This document shows, in pieces, positions 63,610 to 64,000 of a stretch of 64,000 bases of DNA. The notes beneath the pieces are model-generated. The model had not been told where the DNA came from, ran no database searches, and saw only the letters and a list, made by a program, of their open reading frames with translations. This DNA comes from an uncultured Candidatus Saccharibacteria bacterium. GTDB taxonomy: Bacteria > Patescibacteriota > Saccharimonadia > Saccharimonadales > UBA4665. The stretch covers positions 1,449 through 65,448 of the forward strand of contig CAZCCP010000006.1 of assembly GCA_964497565.1 (NCBI GenBank). Reading direction: 5' to 3'. Position numbers and translations under genes: made by a program. The first letter of the stretch is position 1, and every line of letters starts with the position of its first letter.

Positions 63610-64000
63610 TTAGTTCGCAGGCGCAAGTAGCTTAATGTTGGCAAAAAATTCAGATACGAGCAGCTGATCCCAGGGCAAGAAAAGCGGCACGGGTAGCTCT
63701 CCAAATGTAATCCATTTTTGCGCAAGGCATTTGTCTGGCTCAACGATACGCGCCTCTCCGCTATCCCAATCACTCACCATCCAAATCGTGACGTAATGTT
63801 TGTCTTCAGCCTCAAAATAGTCATTCGTAACCGCGCCAAAGTGCACGTTCTTAATAGCTATTCCTGTTTCCTCCATAACTTCACGGCGTGCAGTATCCTC
63901 AAATGATTCGCCAAACTCGAGGTGGCCGCCCGGAACCGACCATGAGCCTGCTCCATGCGCACCCTGGCGCTGCTGTATCAGAAACTTCCCGTCCTTAAAT
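63610..64000 (-). CDS. NUDIX hydrolase; the N-terminus runs off the right edge
   Basis: Extending track ORF 63610..63876 upstream in frame gives ...GGHLEFGESFEDTARREVMEETGI, which is a Nudix box (GX5EX7REUXEEXGU). Confidence 0.85.
   Translation of the reverse strand, partial: FKDGKFLIQQRQGAHGAGSWSVPGGHLEFGESFEDTARREVMEETGIAIKNVHFGAVTNDYFEAEDKHYVTIWMVSDWDSGEARIVEPDKCLAQKWITFGELPVPLFLPWDQLLVSEFFANIKLLAPAN

Noticed and set aside
1-64000. CRISPR arrays, rRNA genes, transposases, integrases and prophage structural modules.
   Set aside because: - I saw no regularly spaced direct repeats.
- I saw no rRNA-like conserved sequence.
- No ORF carries a DDE, tyrosine-recombinase or serine-recombinase signature.
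- No ORF carries a capsid or terminase signature.

Overview
This is a gene-dense 64-kb bacterial chromosomal window. Hand counts on sample 60-nt lines put the backbone at about 43-50% GC.

Backbone content:
- Housekeeping genes: UvrD/PcrA helicase, a pyk-pgk-tpiA block, murD, murI, ddl, folD, folC and Ku-LigD.
- Regulation and transport: three MarR-efflux modules, two sensor kinases plus three stand-alone receiver proteins, and a WhiB-like regulator.
- RNA genes: tRNA-Glu(UUC) and tRNA-Lys(CUU). I saw no rRNA and no CRISPR array.
- The gene content looks like a reduced-genome monoderm, possibly Saccharibacteria/Patescibacteria-like. That is inference only.

The unusual part is a set of nine sharply bounded high-GC transcription units, about 57-67% GC with GC-rich third codon positions. 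Each has the same layout: an AT-rich sigma70-type promoter (TTGnnn, 16-17 nt, TG(T/C)ATAAT), a 5'UTR, a high-GC ORF or ORF pair, a short sequence complementary to the 5'UTR, and usually a long-stem, large-loop hairpin.
- Four 5-TM membrane proteins at 1436-3972, in two units.
- A tandem array of four highly divergent ~290-320 aa paralogs at 50182-54372, each with its own promoter. Two of these promoters are nearly identical although the proteins have diverged strongly.
- Three singletons: 11441-11788, 14867-15208 and a CHAP peptidoglycan hydrolase at 17245-17757.

I cannot assign the membrane-protein or paralog families to any family I recognise.

Other notable items:
- A ~4-kb lower-GC island lies 3' of tRNA-Glu. 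It is bounded by a 14-nt direct repeat of the tRNA 3' end and carries a Fic protein, a candidate HEPN (Rx4H) protein, a 3-TM protein and an unlisted 40-aa zinc-ribbon ORF.
- The tRNA-Lys 3' end and its terminator are duplicated about 110 bp downstream.

Everything here comes from reading the sequence and the ORF track. No database search or computed statistics were possible.
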